Assembly: GCA_964401855.1 (NCBI GenBank)
Contig: CAYOAF010000099.1
Coordinates: 1 to 36,195, forward strand
Source: an uncultured Dehalococcoidia bacterium
GTDB taxonomy: Bacteria; Chloroflexota; Dehalococcoidia; Lucifugimonadales; UBA3495
Length of the DNA stretch: 36,195 bases
Reading direction: 5' to 3'
The notes under the pieces were generated by a model, which was given only the letters and a program-made list of their open reading frames with translations, did no database searches and was not told the origin of the DNA. Shown in pieces: positions 1 to 9,450 of this stretch; the stretch's first letter is position 1; each line of letters begins with the position of its first letter. The position numbers were made by a program, and so were the translations under genes.

Positions 1-117
1 ACCGGGCGTCACGCCCCCCAGGCCCTGATCGACTGCGCCGACCTGGTTACCGACATGCGGGTCGTCAAGCACCCCTACCGGCAGGGCATCAAGGCGCAAC
101 CGGGCATCGAGTTTTGA
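1..117 (+). CDS. cobO: Corrinoid (cob(I)yrinic acid a,c-diamide) adenosyltransferase, last 38 codons only; the gene begins upstream of the window
   Basis: Frame 1 is open from base 1 to TGA 115-117 and reads ...[26 protein letters not shown]. This closely matches the conserved BtuR/CobO C-terminus (from memory, E. coli BtuR ends ADTVSELRPVKHAFDAGVKAQMGIDY). It is not in the ORF track because it has no start in the window. The context is a cobalamin operon. Confidence 0.7.
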   Translation, partial: TGRHAPQALIDCADLVTDMRVVKHPYRQGIKAQPGIEF

Positions 118-200
118 AGAGCGTTCAACTGTCAGCCGTCACCTATCAGCAGTCCGCAGCGCGTCTTGATGCTGACCACCGGCCGCTAAGGAGCATTTCC

Positions 201-1298
201 ATGGCTGTTTCGGATTTGATTGACCAGACTTTGACCAGGGTCGTTTCCTTGGACGAGGAGGCGATGGCGGCGGCCCGCGCCCGGCAGGACACCCTCACCA
301 AGCCCCTGGGGAGCCTGGGACGGCTGGAGGACCTATCCGTGCTCCTGGCCGGAATCTTCGGCCAGCCCATCCCGCGATTCCGGCGCAAGGCCGTCATCCT
401 GGCCGCCGCCGACCACGGGGTGGTGGCCGAGGGGGTCAGCGCCTACCCTCAGGATGTCACGCCCCAGATGGTGCTGAACTTCTTGCGCGGCGGAGCGGCC
501 ATCAACGTGCTGGCGAAACAGGCCGGGGCCAGCATCGTTATCCTGGACGCCGGGGTGGCGGCGGACCTCGAACCCCACCCGGTCTTGCGTTCAGTCAAGG
601 CTGGCAGAGGGACGGCCAACATGGCCCTCGGCCCGGCCATGACTCGCCAGCAGGCCATCCAGTGCGTCGAGACCGGCATCGAAACCGCCCAAGAGAAGAT
701 AGCGGAGGGCGCCGACCTGATCGCCTGCGGAGATATGGGCATCGGCAACACCACCGCCTCCAGCGCCATTACCGCGGTAATCGCCGGCGTAGACCCCTCT
801 GTCACTACCGGCAGGGGGACCGGGCTGGACGACGCGGCCTTGTCGCACAAGGTCGAAGTGGTCCGGCGCTCCATTGAGATCAACCGCCCGGACCCCAAAG
901 ACGGCTTGGACGTTCTGGCCAAGGTCGGCGGTTTTGAGATTGGGGCATTGGCCGGGGCCATGCTTGGGACGGCGGCCGGACGCCGTCCGGTGGTAGTCGA
1001 CGGCTTCATCTCCGCCGCCGCCGCCCTCATCGCCTGGTGCATGGCCCCTCAGGCTCAAAACTACTTCATCGCGTCCCATCAGTCGGTGGAGCCCGGTCAC
1101 CGCGCCGGCCTCGACGCCATGGGATTGTGTCCCCTGCTGGACCTGGGAATGCGCCTGGGCGAGGGCACGGGCGCGGCCCTGGCGATGCACGTCATCGAGG
1201 CCGCCGCCAGGTGTCTGTCCGAGATGGCCACCTTCGGCGAAGCGGGGGTATCGGAGCGCATCGAAGATGACGGCGACGGCGAAGTGGTCCAGCCGTGA
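201..1298 (+). CDS. cobT: Nicotinate-nucleotide--dimethylbenzimidazole phosphoribosyltransferase
   Basis: Track ORF 114..1298. I moved the start to ATG 201, which is preceded by AAGGAG at 188-193. Family motifs are present: KPLGSLGRLEDL, GDMGIGNTT, MRLGEGTGAA. Stop TGA 1296-1298 overlaps the cobS start. Confidence 0.92.
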   Translation: MAVSDLIDQTLTRVVSLDEEAMAAARARQDTLTKPLGSLGRLEDLSVLLAGIFGQPIPRFRRKAVILAAADHGVVAEGVSAYPQDVTPQMVLNFLRGGAAINVLAKQAGASIVILDAGVAADLEPHPVLRSVKAGRGTANMALGPAMTRQQAIQCVETGIETAQEKIAEGADLIACGDMGIGNTTASSAITAVIAGVDPSVTTGRGTGLDDAALSHKVEVVRRSIEINRPDPKDGLDVLAKVGGFEIGALAGAMLGTAAGRRPVVVDGFISAAAALIAWCMAPQAQNYFIASHQSVEPGHRAGLDAMGLCPLLDLGMRLGEGTGAALAMHVIEAAARCLSEMATFGEAGVSERIEDDGDGEVVQP

Positions 1299-2083
1299 CC
1301 TCGCTGCTGGCGGCCCTCAGCTTCCTGACGGTGCTTCCAGCTACCTGGAACCGGCGCCCGACCTGGCGGGAGATCAGCGACTCCCGCGCCTACTTCCCGG
1401 TCGTGGGCCTTCTGGTGGGCCTGCTGATGCTGGGACTGGAGCGGGGGGGGCGGGAAATCTTTCCCGTTTACCTGACCGCCGCCGTGCTGGTGGCCGCCCT
1501 GGTGATCGTCACCCGGGGGCTGCACCTGGACGGCCTGATGGACACCTGCGACGGGTTGTTCGGTGGCTTCAACCGGGAGCGCCGGCTGGAGATCATGCGC
1601 GACTCTCAGGCCGGTGCTTTCGGCATGGCCGGCGCCGCCTGTCTCCTCCTCTTGAAGTACGGGGCGCTGGTCTCTCTGCTGGCACTGCCGGACCCGGGAC
1701 GCCAGGTGTCGCTGCTGCTGTTCCCGATGTTGTCCCGGTGGTCGATGGTCCTGGTGCTGGGGGCCTTCCCCTACGTGCGGAGCCAGGGCTTGGGCTCGCC
1801 CTTTCATCAGGGGGGCGCCACGGAGCCGGCCGTGGTGGCTGCGGCAACGGCTGTGGCTTCCGCCGTCATTTTGGGCGGCTTCGGCGGCGCCGGGATGTTG
1901 GTGGGGGTGTCGGTGTTGGCCTGGCTTTTGGGCCGGGCCATGGCAAGGGTGCTGGGTGGCTTGACCGGCGATACCTACGGCGCTGTCAGCGAAGTGGCTG
2001 AGGCAGCGGCCCTGATGACGGCGGTCACCCTGCTGCCCCACGGCTGGATCGAGCCGCTGCCCCAGCTGCTGGGGCTGATGTAG
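1295..2083 (+). CDS. cobS: Adenosylcobinamide-GDP ribazoletransferase (cobalamin 5'-phosphate synthase), polytopic membrane protein
   Basis: GTG 1295 overlaps the cobT stop (GTGA). N-terminus LLAALSFLTVLP and the HLDGLMDTCDG motif are typical of CobS. Hydrophobic throughout. Confidence 0.9.
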   Translation: MTSLLAALSFLTVLPATWNRRPTWREISDSRAYFPVVGLLVGLLMLGLERGGREIFPVYLTAAVLVAALVIVTRGLHLDGLMDTCDGLFGGFNRERRLEIMRDSQAGAFGMAGAACLLLLKYGALVSLLALPDPGRQVSLLLFPMLSRWSMVLVLGAFPYVRSQGLGSPFHQGGATEPAVVAAATAVASAVILGGFGGAGMLVGVSVLAWLLGRAMARVLGGLTGDTYGAVSEVAEAAALMTAVTLLPHGWIEPLPQLLGLM

Positions 2084-2147
2084 GAACTGAGGTGCTGGAC
2101 AAAACAGTCAAGATCACTACGAACTCGTTGCTGTCATTGCTTCGACA

Positions 2148-2186
2148 ATGTCATGCTGAGCCAGCCGCAGCGGCAAAGGAGCATCA
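2148..2186. repeat. Hairpin-type intergenic repeat, ATGTCAT[TG]CTGAG family
   Basis: ATGTCATGCTGAGCCAGCCGCAGCGGCAAAGGAGCATC lies in the 164-nt cobS-cbiB gap. It shares ATGTCATnCTGAG with 19915 and 27024, and its ATGCT...AGCAT ends can pair. Confidence 0.45.
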
Positions 2187-2247
2187 ATCCATCGCTGTGA
2201 TACAGGCCGTTCCTGAAATATCGTACCGGGAAGAAGAGTTGTAACCC

Positions 2248-3189
2248 GTGGTGGACACCGTTCCAGACCTGGCGGTCCTGGTCCTGGCGGTGGTGCTGGA
2301 CCTGGCGGTGGGAGAGTTGCCCGCCCGGTTCCACCCGACTGTTTGGATGGGACGCACCGTGGCTTTCGGAGAGAAACTGGCCCCAAGAAACGGCCTGGCC
2401 GGAATGGCGGCAGGCGGGGTGCTGGCGCTGCTGGCTGCCGGCTTGTGGGCCGCCGCCGCCTACTTCGCCGTCCGAGGGCTCCATGGGGTACACGATGTGG
2501 CTTACGTCCTGGTTGGTGCGGTGCTGCTCAAGACCACCTTCTCCCTGAGGATGCTGCACCGGGCGGCGGCCTGGGTGAGTGGGTTGCTGGCCCTCGGTGA
2601 CATCACCCAGGCACGTTGCGATCTGCGCTCCCTGGTCAGCCGGGACACCTCCGGGCTCTCCCCGGAGCAGGCTGCCGCGGCCGCTGTGGAGTCGGTATCG
2701 GAGAACGTGACGGACAGCTTTATCGGGCCGTGGCTGTTCTTCGCCCTCTTCGGCCTGCCCGGCGCCGTGGCCTACCGCACCGTCAACACCCTGGACAGCA
2801 TGATAGGTTATCATGGCGAGTACGAACACCTGGGGAAAGTGTCAGCCCGGCTCGACGATCTGCTGAACCTGGTCCCGGCGCGGCTGGCCGGGTTGCTGAT
2901 AGTGTTCGGCAGTCTGTTCCTGCCCGGGCAGAGGGCGCGCGGGGCTTGGCGCATCATGTGGCGGGACCATTCCCGCACCGAGAGCCCCAACGCCGGATGG
3001 GCCATGAGCGGCATGGCCGGGGCCCTGGGAGTGGAGCTGGAGAAGAAGGGACACTACCGGCTTGGCGACGGCACCCGCCCGGTGGAGGTTCACGACATTG
3101 CCCAGGCCGTCAGGTCCATGTACCTGGTGGCGGGCCTCGGCCTGCTGGCGGCCCTGGGCCTGACAGCGTTGAGACATGGAATCCTCTAG
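2248..3189 (+). CDS. cbiB: Adenosylcobinamide-phosphate synthase (CbiB/CobD family membrane protein)
   Basis: GTG start. Motifs: HPTVWMG near the N-terminus, DSMIGYHGEYEHLGK, ESPNAGWAMSGMAGALGVEL. These are typical CbiB signatures, and the gene sits in a cob operon. Confidence 0.9.
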   Translation: MVDTVPDLAVLVLAVVLDLAVGELPARFHPTVWMGRTVAFGEKLAPRNGLAGMAAGGVLALLAAGLWAAAAYFAVRGLHGVHDVAYVLVGAVLLKTTFSLRMLHRAAAWVSGLLALGDITQARCDLRSLVSRDTSGLSPEQAAAAAVESVSENVTDSFIGPWLFFALFGLPGAVAYRTVNTLDSMIGYHGEYEHLGKVSARLDDLLNLVPARLAGLLIVFGSLFLPGQRARGAWRIMWRDHSRTESPNAGWAMSGMAGALGVELEKKGHYRLGDGTRPVEVHDIAQAVRSMYLVAGLGLLAALGLTALRHGIL

Positions 3190-4288
3190 CCGGCCTACAC
3201 CGGGCCGGCCGGTGCACGGAGGCGTCAAGACCGCCGAGCTTCGCGCCTTGGGCATGACGCTGGAAGAGGTGCTGGACTTCAGCGCCAGCATCAGCCCCCT
3301 GGGTCCTCCCGCCGGGACTTGGGAAGCCCTCAGCAGGGTCGACCTGGCGGCCTACCCCGACCCGCAATGCCTGGAGCTCCGAGAAGGCCTCTCCCGCCAC
3401 CTGTCCGGCTCCCTGCCGGGAAGCGTGCCCGTCGAGCGCATCCTGGTGGGCAACGGCTCCACCGAGATCATCCACCTGCTGGCCCGAATCTTCCTCTCGC
3501 CGCCTCGTCCGGGGACCGGCAATACCGCCTTCTTGCTGGCACCCACCTACGGCGAATACGATGGCGCGTGCCGGTTGGCGGGGGCCGGTACCTCTTGTCA
3601 GGACGGGGCAGACCGCCCCGGTTTCCGGTGGGACCTGGCCCTGGCGGCCCGGCACATCTCCCGCGAGCGCCCCAGCCTGGTGTTCGTGTGCAACCCCAAC
3701 AATCCCACGGGGGTCTATCTGCAACACTCCGAGGTGGAAGTCCTCGCGGAGGCCACATCTAGGGCGGGGGGACTGCTGGTGGTAGACGAGGCTTACCTAG
3801 CCTTTGTTGAAGACCCCTGGGACTCTCAAGCCCTGCTGGACCATGGCTGCGTAGTGCTGTTGCGCTCCATGACCAAGGACTACGCGCTGACCGGACTTCG
3901 GCTGGGCTTCTGTTTGGCGCCGGAGGACTTGACCGGGCGCTTGGCGGCCTTCCAACCGGACTGGAGCGTCAACGGCTTGGCCCAGGCGGCCGGCCTGGCC
4001 GCTCTGGCCGACGGCGAGTATCTCCCCAGAGCCCGCCTGGCCGTGGCCCAGGCCAAGGAATACCTGACGGTCCGGCTTACCGGTTTGGGGTTCGGCGTGC
4101 CGCCCTCCGCGGCCAACTTCCTGCTGGTCCAGGTGGGCGACGCTTCCTCCTGGCGCGACCGGCTGACGCGAAAGGGGCTGTTCGTCCGGGACTGCGCTTC
4201 CTTTGGCCTGCCCCAGTACATCCGAGTGGGAATCCGTCCGCTTGCTGATTGCCGCCGCCTGGTCGAGGCGATGGCCGGGCTCCGGTAA
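3176..4288 (+). CDS. cobD: L-threonine-O-3-phosphate decarboxylase (PLP-dependent, HisC-like aminotransferase fold)
   Basis: Overlaps the cbiB end by 14 nt. Has N-terminal HGG, SASISPLGPP, and the PLP-lysine region RSMTKDYALTGLRLGF. Placement directly after cbiB supports the CobD decarboxylase role. A HisC paralog cannot be excluded from sequence alone. Confidence 0.78.
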   Translation: MESSSRPTPGRPVHGGVKTAELRALGMTLEEVLDFSASISPLGPPAGTWEALSRVDLAAYPDPQCLELREGLSRHLSGSLPGSVPVERILVGNGSTEIIHLLARIFLSPPRPGTGNTAFLLAPTYGEYDGACRLAGAGTSCQDGADRPGFRWDLALAARHISRERPSLVFVCNPNNPTGVYLQHSEVEVLAEATSRAGGLLVVDEAYLAFVEDPWDSQALLDHGCVVLLRSMTKDYALTGLRLGFCLAPEDLTGRLAAFQPDWSVNGLAQAAGLAALADGEYLPRARLAVAQAKEYLTVRLTGLGFGVPPSAANFLLVQVGDASSWRDRLTRKGLFVRDCASFGLPQYIRVGIRPLADCRRLVEAMAGLR

Positions 4289-4443
4289 AGCCCGGCGCCA
4301 GCAGGTATCGGATCGCGCCTCGCCAAATTGTACCGGCAAAGGCATGACCCCGAAGACGCCGCTCGGCCCCCGCCCTTCTACGCTGTGTGGCGAAAGACTT
4401 GGGGCTATCTTGAGGAGGCGGCCGTTGGATACTTTGAATATCC

Positions 4444-4472
4444 TTGATGATTCCGGGCCGGATGGGTAGAAT
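4444..4472 (+). promoter_or_regulatory. Putative sigma-70-type promoter
   Basis: TTGATG (4444-4449), a 17-nt spacer, then TAGAAT (4467-4472). It lies ~30 nt upstream of the AAGGAG RBS and ATG 4502. Confidence 0.4.
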
Positions 4473-4501
4473 GAAGGCACTTCAGTTCAAAAGGAGTCAA
4501 C

Positions 4502-5077
4502 ATGACTACCACTGACCAGAGCGTAGCGCGAAACCGTTTCATTGACGCATTCGGTTATCCCGGCCGTGGATCCGTGACCAAGGTGAAAGACCACCTGACC
4601 GCCTATGTCCAGGAGTTCATCAAGAATTCGCCCTTCGCCGTGGTGGCCAGCAGCGACGCCTCCGGACAGTGCGATGCTTCCCCCAAGGGAGGCAAACCGG
4701 GGTTCGTTCTGGTGCTGGACGACAAACACCTGCTGTTTCCCGACGTGGCCGGGAACAAGTTGTTCCAGACTTACCAGAATGTGGAGAGCAACCAGCACAT
4801 CGGCCTGGTGTTCATGATACCCGGCGTGAACGATACCGTCCGGGTGAACGGCCGCGTGACGATCGTGGACAAAGCGGAGTTGGACTACCGGAAGGTTGAG
4901 CTTTCTCTCTACGAGCTGGACGACCGGTCCAAGTACCTCCAGGGAATGCTTGTCGAGGTGATGGAATCCTACCCCCATTGCCCTCGGGCCTTCCAGTTCT
5001 CCCGCCTCTGGAACGTTGACGAGATTTCTGCCAACCAGAAGGACCGGCCCGTTCCTCTCCGGATTCCCGGCACCTGA
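4502..5077 (+). CDS. Pyridoxamine 5'-phosphate oxidase-like FMN-binding family protein
   Basis: AAGGAG RBS upstream. SPFAVVASSDASGQCDASPKGG...LLFPDVAGNKLFQTYQNVESNQHIGLVFMIPG..TVRVNGR resembles the PNPOx-like split-barrel family. The stop shares a base with the next start (TGATG at 5075-5079). Confidence 0.65.
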   Translation: MTTTDQSVARNRFIDAFGYPGRGSVTKVKDHLTAYVQEFIKNSPFAVVASSDASGQCDASPKGGKPGFVLVLDDKHLLFPDVAGNKLFQTYQNVESNQHIGLVFMIPGVNDTVRVNGRVTIVDKAELDYRKVELSLYELDDRSKYLQGMLVEVMESYPHCPRAFQFSRLWNVDEISANQKDRPVPLRIPGT

Positions 5078-7737
5078 TGGTGAACATCTCATTTGAAAAA
5101 ATAACCCTCTCCAACGGACTCGAAGTCATCCTGCACCGGGACCATTCAATCCCGCTGGCGGCGGTCAACGTCTGGTATCATGTCGGCTCCAAAGACGAGG
5201 AGATAGGCCGCACCGGCTTCGCCCACCTTTTCGAACACGTGATGTTCGAAGGCTCCAAGAACCATAACCGGAGCTACTTCGAGCCGTTGCAGAAGGCCGG
5301 GGCCAACCTCAACGGTTCTACCACGCCGGACCGGACCAACTACTGGGAGGACGTGCCCTCCAACTACTTGGAGCTGGCGCTATGGCTGGAATCCGACCGG
5401 ATGGGCTTCTTGATGGAGGCCCTGGACCAGAAGCGCTTCGACATCCAACGCGATGTGGTGAAAAACGAGCGGCGTCAGACCTATGAGAACCGCCCCTACG
5501 GCATGGCCTACTGGCGCCTTCAAGAGGCCGTGTTCCCGATGCCTCATCCCTACCACTGGATGACCATCGGTTCCCAGGAAGACCTAGACGCGGCCAGCCT
5601 GGACGACGTCAAGGATTTCTTCCGGCGCTTCTACTCCCCCTCCAACGCCAGCCTGGCCATCGCCGGACACTTCCAGCGAGACCAAACCCTGGACCTGATC
5701 AACCGGTATTTCGGAGACCTGCCTCCGGGCCCGGCCTTGCCCCGCAAGGGACGCTTCGATTCCGGGCTGGCGGGCCGGGTGGAACTGGAGATGCGGGACA
5801 AGGTCTCACTGCCCCGCTTATATATAGCCTGGGCCACCCCGCCCGACCTGAGCGCCGCCGACGCGCCGTTGGAGTTTCTTCAGGCGATACTCTCCGATGG
5901 CATCACCTCTCGCCTGCACCGGTCCCTGGTCTATGAGAAGCAGATAGCCCAGAGCGCCCTCATCCGCTACCATCCATCGGAGATAGCCGGGCAGTTCGTC
6001 ATCCAGGTCACGGCGGCAGCCGGTCACGACCTCGCTGAAGTGGAGGCCGCCACCGACGCCGAGGTGGAGCGCCTGTGGCGAGAGCCCCCCACCGGCGAAG
6101 AGATAACCCGGATCAAGAATCGGATCAGCGCCGCCCACTTCCGCCAATTGGCCAGGATCGGTGGATTTGGGGGCCGCGCCGACCAGTTGAACCATTTCAA
6201 CACCTTCGGCGGTGACCCGGGCTTGATAAATTCAATTCTGGACCGGTACTTGGCCGTCCAGCGGGAAGACATCTTGCGGGTCGGCCAAGCCGTGCTGAAT
6301 CACCGGCAGGTAAGGCTGCGGGTATTGCCCGAGGACTCCTTCCAACCCGCCGTCACACCCGTTGCCGTGAACCGGGCATCCATGCCCCAGCCGGCGGAGG
6401 AGCCTTCTTTCACGCCTCCCAAGCCATCGCACCTCCGGCTGGAAAACGGCCTGAAAATCACGGTGATCGAGCAGCCAAGACTTCCCATTGTCTCCTTCGG
6501 GCTCATGATCCAGGCCGGAGCCGCCGCCGACCCTGTCGAGTTTCCCGGACTGGCCAGCTTCACCGCCCAGTTGCTGGCAGAAGGGACCTCGTCCCGTTCC
6601 AGCCAGGAGATCGCGGCCGCCTTCGAGTTCTTGGGCGCCCGAATTTCAATCGAGGTAGGCCGGGAGCACACGCTGTTGGCCACCGAAACTATGTCGAAGG
6701 ACTGGCCTTCCGCCCTGGAGTTGATGGCCGACCTTGTGAAGCACCCCACGTTTCCCGATCACGAGTTGGAGAGGGTGCGCCGCGAGGAGTTGACCGACCT
6801 GCGCCGGAGCAAGGACGATCCGGCCGCCACGGCCGAACGGCTGGTTTCGGGCCTTATGTTCGACCAAGGCAGCGGATACGGCCACCCGATACGTGGCACG
6901 GAGGCGGCATTGGGCTCCCTGTCCCGGGACAACGTGACGTCCCATTTCCGACGGGCCTTCAGTCCCGCCTCCGCGATGCTGATCGTGGCAGGGGACGTGA
7001 ACCTCGCCGATGTCCGGGCTCGGGCGGAGGCCGCCCTGGGGGACTGGCGAGCCGGATCGGATGCCGGCGTATCCCCGGCGCCTACCTCAGATGGCAAAGC
7101 GGCGGCCGCCGCGATCTACCTGGTGGACCGGCCGGGGGCAGCCCAATCGGTGATCCGGGCGCTTCAGACCACCATACCCCGGCATCATTCGGACTACTTC
7201 GGCCTTGTGCTGCTCAACTCCGCTTTCGGCGGACAGTTCGAGGCACGCCTGAACCTGAACTTGCGCCAGGAGAAGGGCTACAGCTACGGGTACCACTCGT
7301 ACGTACAGTGGCACCGGGGCCCATCCTTGCTGCTCGCCGGAGGCAGCGTCCATACCGCGGTGACCAAGGAATCGGTGGCGGAAACGTTGCGGGAGTTCAA
7401 TGAGGTCCACTCGGAGCGGCCCATCAGCCAGAAAGAGCTGGAGGAGGCCAGGGCGGGAATGCTGCGGGCCTACCCGGCCAGCTTCGAGCGGCCCGGACAG
7501 GTTTTGGGCCACCTCATCCAACTGACTCTGTACGACCTGCCCGACGACTATTTTCAAACGGTGCGATCTCGAGTGAAGGAGGTCTCCCTGGCCGAGGTCC
7601 AGCGTATCGGAGCGGAGAGGATATTCCCGGACCAACTCAAGGTCCTGGTGGTGGGTGACCGCGAGGCGGTAGAGGCCGGGCTGCGAGAGCTAGGCCTGCC
7701 GGTGGTGCTCCTGGACGAAAACGGGGCCGAGCTGTAG
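5077..7737 (+). CDS. M16 family zinc metallopeptidase (insulinase/pitrilysin-like, two tandem M16 halves)
   Basis: HLFEHVMFEGS is the inverted zincin HxxEH motif, followed by downstream NGSTTPDRTNY. At 886 aa it contains a second, inactive-type M16 repeat in the C-terminal half. Confidence 0.9.
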   Translation: MVNISFEKITLSNGLEVILHRDHSIPLAAVNVWYHVGSKDEEIGRTGFAHLFEHVMFEGSKNHNRSYFEPLQKAGANLNGSTTPDRTNYWEDVPSNYLELALWLESDRMGFLMEALDQKRFDIQRDVVKNERRQTYENRPYGMAYWRLQEAVFPMPHPYHWMTIGSQEDLDAASLDDVKDFFRRFYSPSNASLAIAGHFQRDQTLDLINRYFGDLPPGPALPRKGRFDSGLAGRVELEMRDKVSLPRLYIAWATPPDLSAADAPLEFLQAILSDGITSRLHRSLVYEKQIAQSALIRYHPSEIAGQFVIQVTAAAGHDLAEVEAATDAEVERLWREPPTGEEITRIKNRISAAHFRQLARIGGFGGRADQLNHFNTFGGDPGLINSILDRYLAVQREDILRVGQAVLNHRQVRLRVLPEDSFQPAVTPVAVNRASMPQPAEEPSFTPPKPSHLRLENGLKITVIEQPRLPIVSFGLMIQAGAAADPVEFPGLASFTAQLLAEGTSSRSSQEIAAAFEFLGARISIEVGREHTLLATETMSKDWPSALELMADLVKHPTFPDHELERVRREELTDLRRSKDDPAATAERLVSGLMFDQGSGYGHPIRGTEAALGSLSRDNVTSHFRRAFSPASAMLIVAGDVNLADVRARAEAALGDWRAGSDAGVSPAPTSDGKAAAAAIYLVDRPGAAQSVIRALQTTIPRHHSDYFGLVLLNSAFGGQFEARLNLNLRQEKGYSYGYHSYVQWHRGPSLLLAGGSVHTAVTKESVAETLREFNEVHSERPISQKELEEARAGMLRAYPASFERPGQVLGHLIQLTLYDLPDDYFQTVRSRVKEVSLAEVQRIGAERIFPDQLKVLVVGDREAVEAGLRELGLPVVLLDENGAEL

Positions 7738-7788
7738 GCGAACCCTACACCCATCAAATGAATACTCCATTTATTAGAGCGATGACCC

Positions 7789-7839
7789 GGACCTCCCCTA
7801 AGTCCCCTCCTTGGGGAGGAGGGGACTTAGGGGAGGTCC
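7789..7839. repeat. Perfect 22-bp inverted repeat (hairpin) between convergent genes; possible bidirectional terminator or REP-like element
   Basis: GGACCTCCCCTAAGTCCCCTCC (7789-7810) pairs perfectly with GGAGGGGACTTAGGGGAGGTCC (7818-7839) around a 7-nt loop. No T-tract follows. Confidence 0.6.
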
Positions 7840-7862
7840 ACCGACGCCCCAAGATGAGACCC

Positions 7863-7899
7863 CCCTGCGATCCCCCCTTCGTAAGGAGGGACCGCAGGG
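7863..7899. repeat. Nested hairpin repeat containing the CCCCTTCGTAAGG core
   Basis: The outer arms are CCCTGCG (7863-7869) and CGCAGGG (7893-7899). The inner CCCCTTCGTAAGG (7874-7886) is identical to 24277-24289 inside fdhA. Confidence 0.5.
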
Positions 7900-7930
7900 C
7901 ATAAAACTCCTGGCTCGGTACCCAGGGTTC

Positions 7931-9232
7931 CTACCGCAGGGGCCGTTCCCCGAGGGTCATCTTGATGGTGTCCTTGGCGCCGCCACGGAACAGTTCCACT
8001 TCAATCTCCTGGCCGGCCTGGAACCGGTGTTTCAGCAGCCTGGTCAGGTCAGTGACGGTGGCTATCTCCTGACCCTCCACCGATAGGACGATGTCGCCGG
8101 GATTGATGCCCGCCCGGTTGGCAGGCCCGTCCACCACCGTGTTCTGTATCACCACGCCTTCCCTGATGGGTAGCCCCACCCTTGCCGCAACCTCGGGTAT
8201 CAGGTCAGCCAGAATCACTCCCATCCAGGCCCAACGCACCCGGCCCAGCCGGACCAGCTGGTCCGATACCTGGGCTGCCACCTCCATGTTGATCGCAAAA
8301 CCGATGCCTTCCACAGGCGTCCCGCTGACGGAAGTGCGCTGCACGGCGGTGTTGATGCCCACCAATTCACCCTGCAGGCTGATCAGAGGGCCTCCGCTGT
8401 TGCCGGGGTTGATTACCGTGTCGGTCTGAATCAGATCGTAGAGGGTCACTCCGGAAGAGGACTCGATGGACCGTCCTAGGGCCGACACCACCCCTACCGT
8501 GACCGTTGGGCCGCCGGGCAGTGCCAGGGCGTTGCCGATGGCAATTACCCATTCTCCGACTCGGGGCGGCGCGGTCTCGCTGGCGAGCAGGAACGGATAG
8601 CCGTCTCCCGGTATCCGCAGCACTGCCAAGTCCGAGAGCTGGTCTGAGCCGACGACTTCAGCCTTCTTCTGGCTGCCATCGTCCAGCGTGACAATGATAT
8701 CAACCGCCCCATCTATCACATGATTGTTGGTCAGCACGAGCCCCTGGGAGTCGAAGATAACCCCGGTGCCGCTCCCGAAGTTGGAGTAAAGGTTACCGAA
8801 AAAGTCCCTTGTGACGACCTCTGACACTATGGAGACCACGGCGGGACGCACTCGCTCCACCGTGTCCGCCACGTTGGGCAGTTGCAGTACCAAAACGGGG
8901 GTCGGCGGCACGGCGGTTGGAAGAGGCGTGGCCGTTGGAGCCGGCTGGGCCGTTGCCGTTGGGGATTTGGTGGCAGTGGGCGTGGGAAGTGGGACCACCG
9001 TCGGGGCTGCTGGCTCCGGGATTGCGGGAACCGGGATTGGGGTAGACGTGGGCGCCGGAGCCGCGGTGGCGGTTGGAGCCGCCGTTGGTGTTGGGTTGAC
9101 GCCGCAAGCGCCCAGGGCCACCGAAAGAAGTGCGATCAAAGCCAGGGTGGGCAGAACGAGGGGGAGTCCGAACCTGAGACGCCAATCGCCGGGCCGGTTG
9201 GAATGAGCACGGTTTTCGGATGAGCCCGGCAT
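7931..9232 (-). CDS. HtrA/DegP-family serine protease with C-terminal PDZ domain; N-terminal membrane anchor and Pro/Thr/Ala-rich linker
   Basis: Catalytic motifs TNNHVI (His) and GNSGGPL (Ser). The PDZ-like C-terminus reads GVVIQNTVVDGPANRAGINPGDIVLSVEGQEI. About 80 aa of PTPTAAPTATAAP... low-complexity sequence follows a TM helix. Confidence 0.9.
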   Translation of the reverse strand: MPGSSENRAHSNRPGDWRLRFGLPLVLPTLALIALLSVALGACGVNPTPTAAPTATAAPAPTSTPIPVPAIPEPAAPTVVPLPTPTATKSPTATAQPAPTATPLPTAVPPTPVLVLQLPNVADTVERVRPAVVSIVSEVVTRDFFGNLYSNFGSGTGVIFDSQGLVLTNNHVIDGAVDIIVTLDDGSQKKAEVVGSDQLSDLAVLRIPGDGYPFLLASETAPPRVGEWVIAIGNALALPGGPTVTVGVVSALGRSIESSSGVTLYDLIQTDTVINPGNSGGPLISLQGELVGINTAVQRTSVSGTPVEGIGFAINMEVAAQVSDQLVRLGRVRWAWMGVILADLIPEVAARVGLPIREGVVIQNTVVDGPANRAGINPGDIVLSVEGQEIATVTDLTRLLKHRFQAGQEIEVELFRGGAKDTIKMTLGERPLR

Positions 9233-9450
9233 GTGCCCCCTTTTTGCATCGCGTTATGCCGCGATTAGCTCGCGCTGCCGCTAATTCATCATATCTCACT
9301 TGCCTACAACTAGCACACCGCGAGCCTTATCCGAATGCCTGCCGCCGTGGTTCGCCCGGCCTGTCCCGAGGGCCCGGCCGGCTTTGGTCCTCCGGCCTGA
9401 GCCGAGGTCTTGAGGCCGCCCCGTCCGTCTCCGGCGAAGCGGGTCTCCGG

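Noticed and set aside
1097-2041. 314-aa minus-strand ORF and several 200-aa ORFs overlapping cobT/cobS
   Set aside because: They are Gln/His/Arg/Pro-rich shadows. cobT and cobS motifs occupy the plus strand.
2084-2247. Cobalamin riboswitch within or ahead of the cob genes
   Set aside because: I could not find a B12-box-like GCCACTG core or the surrounding conserved helices in the cobS-cbiB gap. The operon start lies upstream of the window, so a riboswitch may exist there.
8811-9206. 131-aa Gly/Ala/Val-rich plus-strand ORF
   Set aside because: It is the reverse complement of the Pro/Thr/Ala-rich linker of the HtrA-like protease, so it is a compositional artefact.
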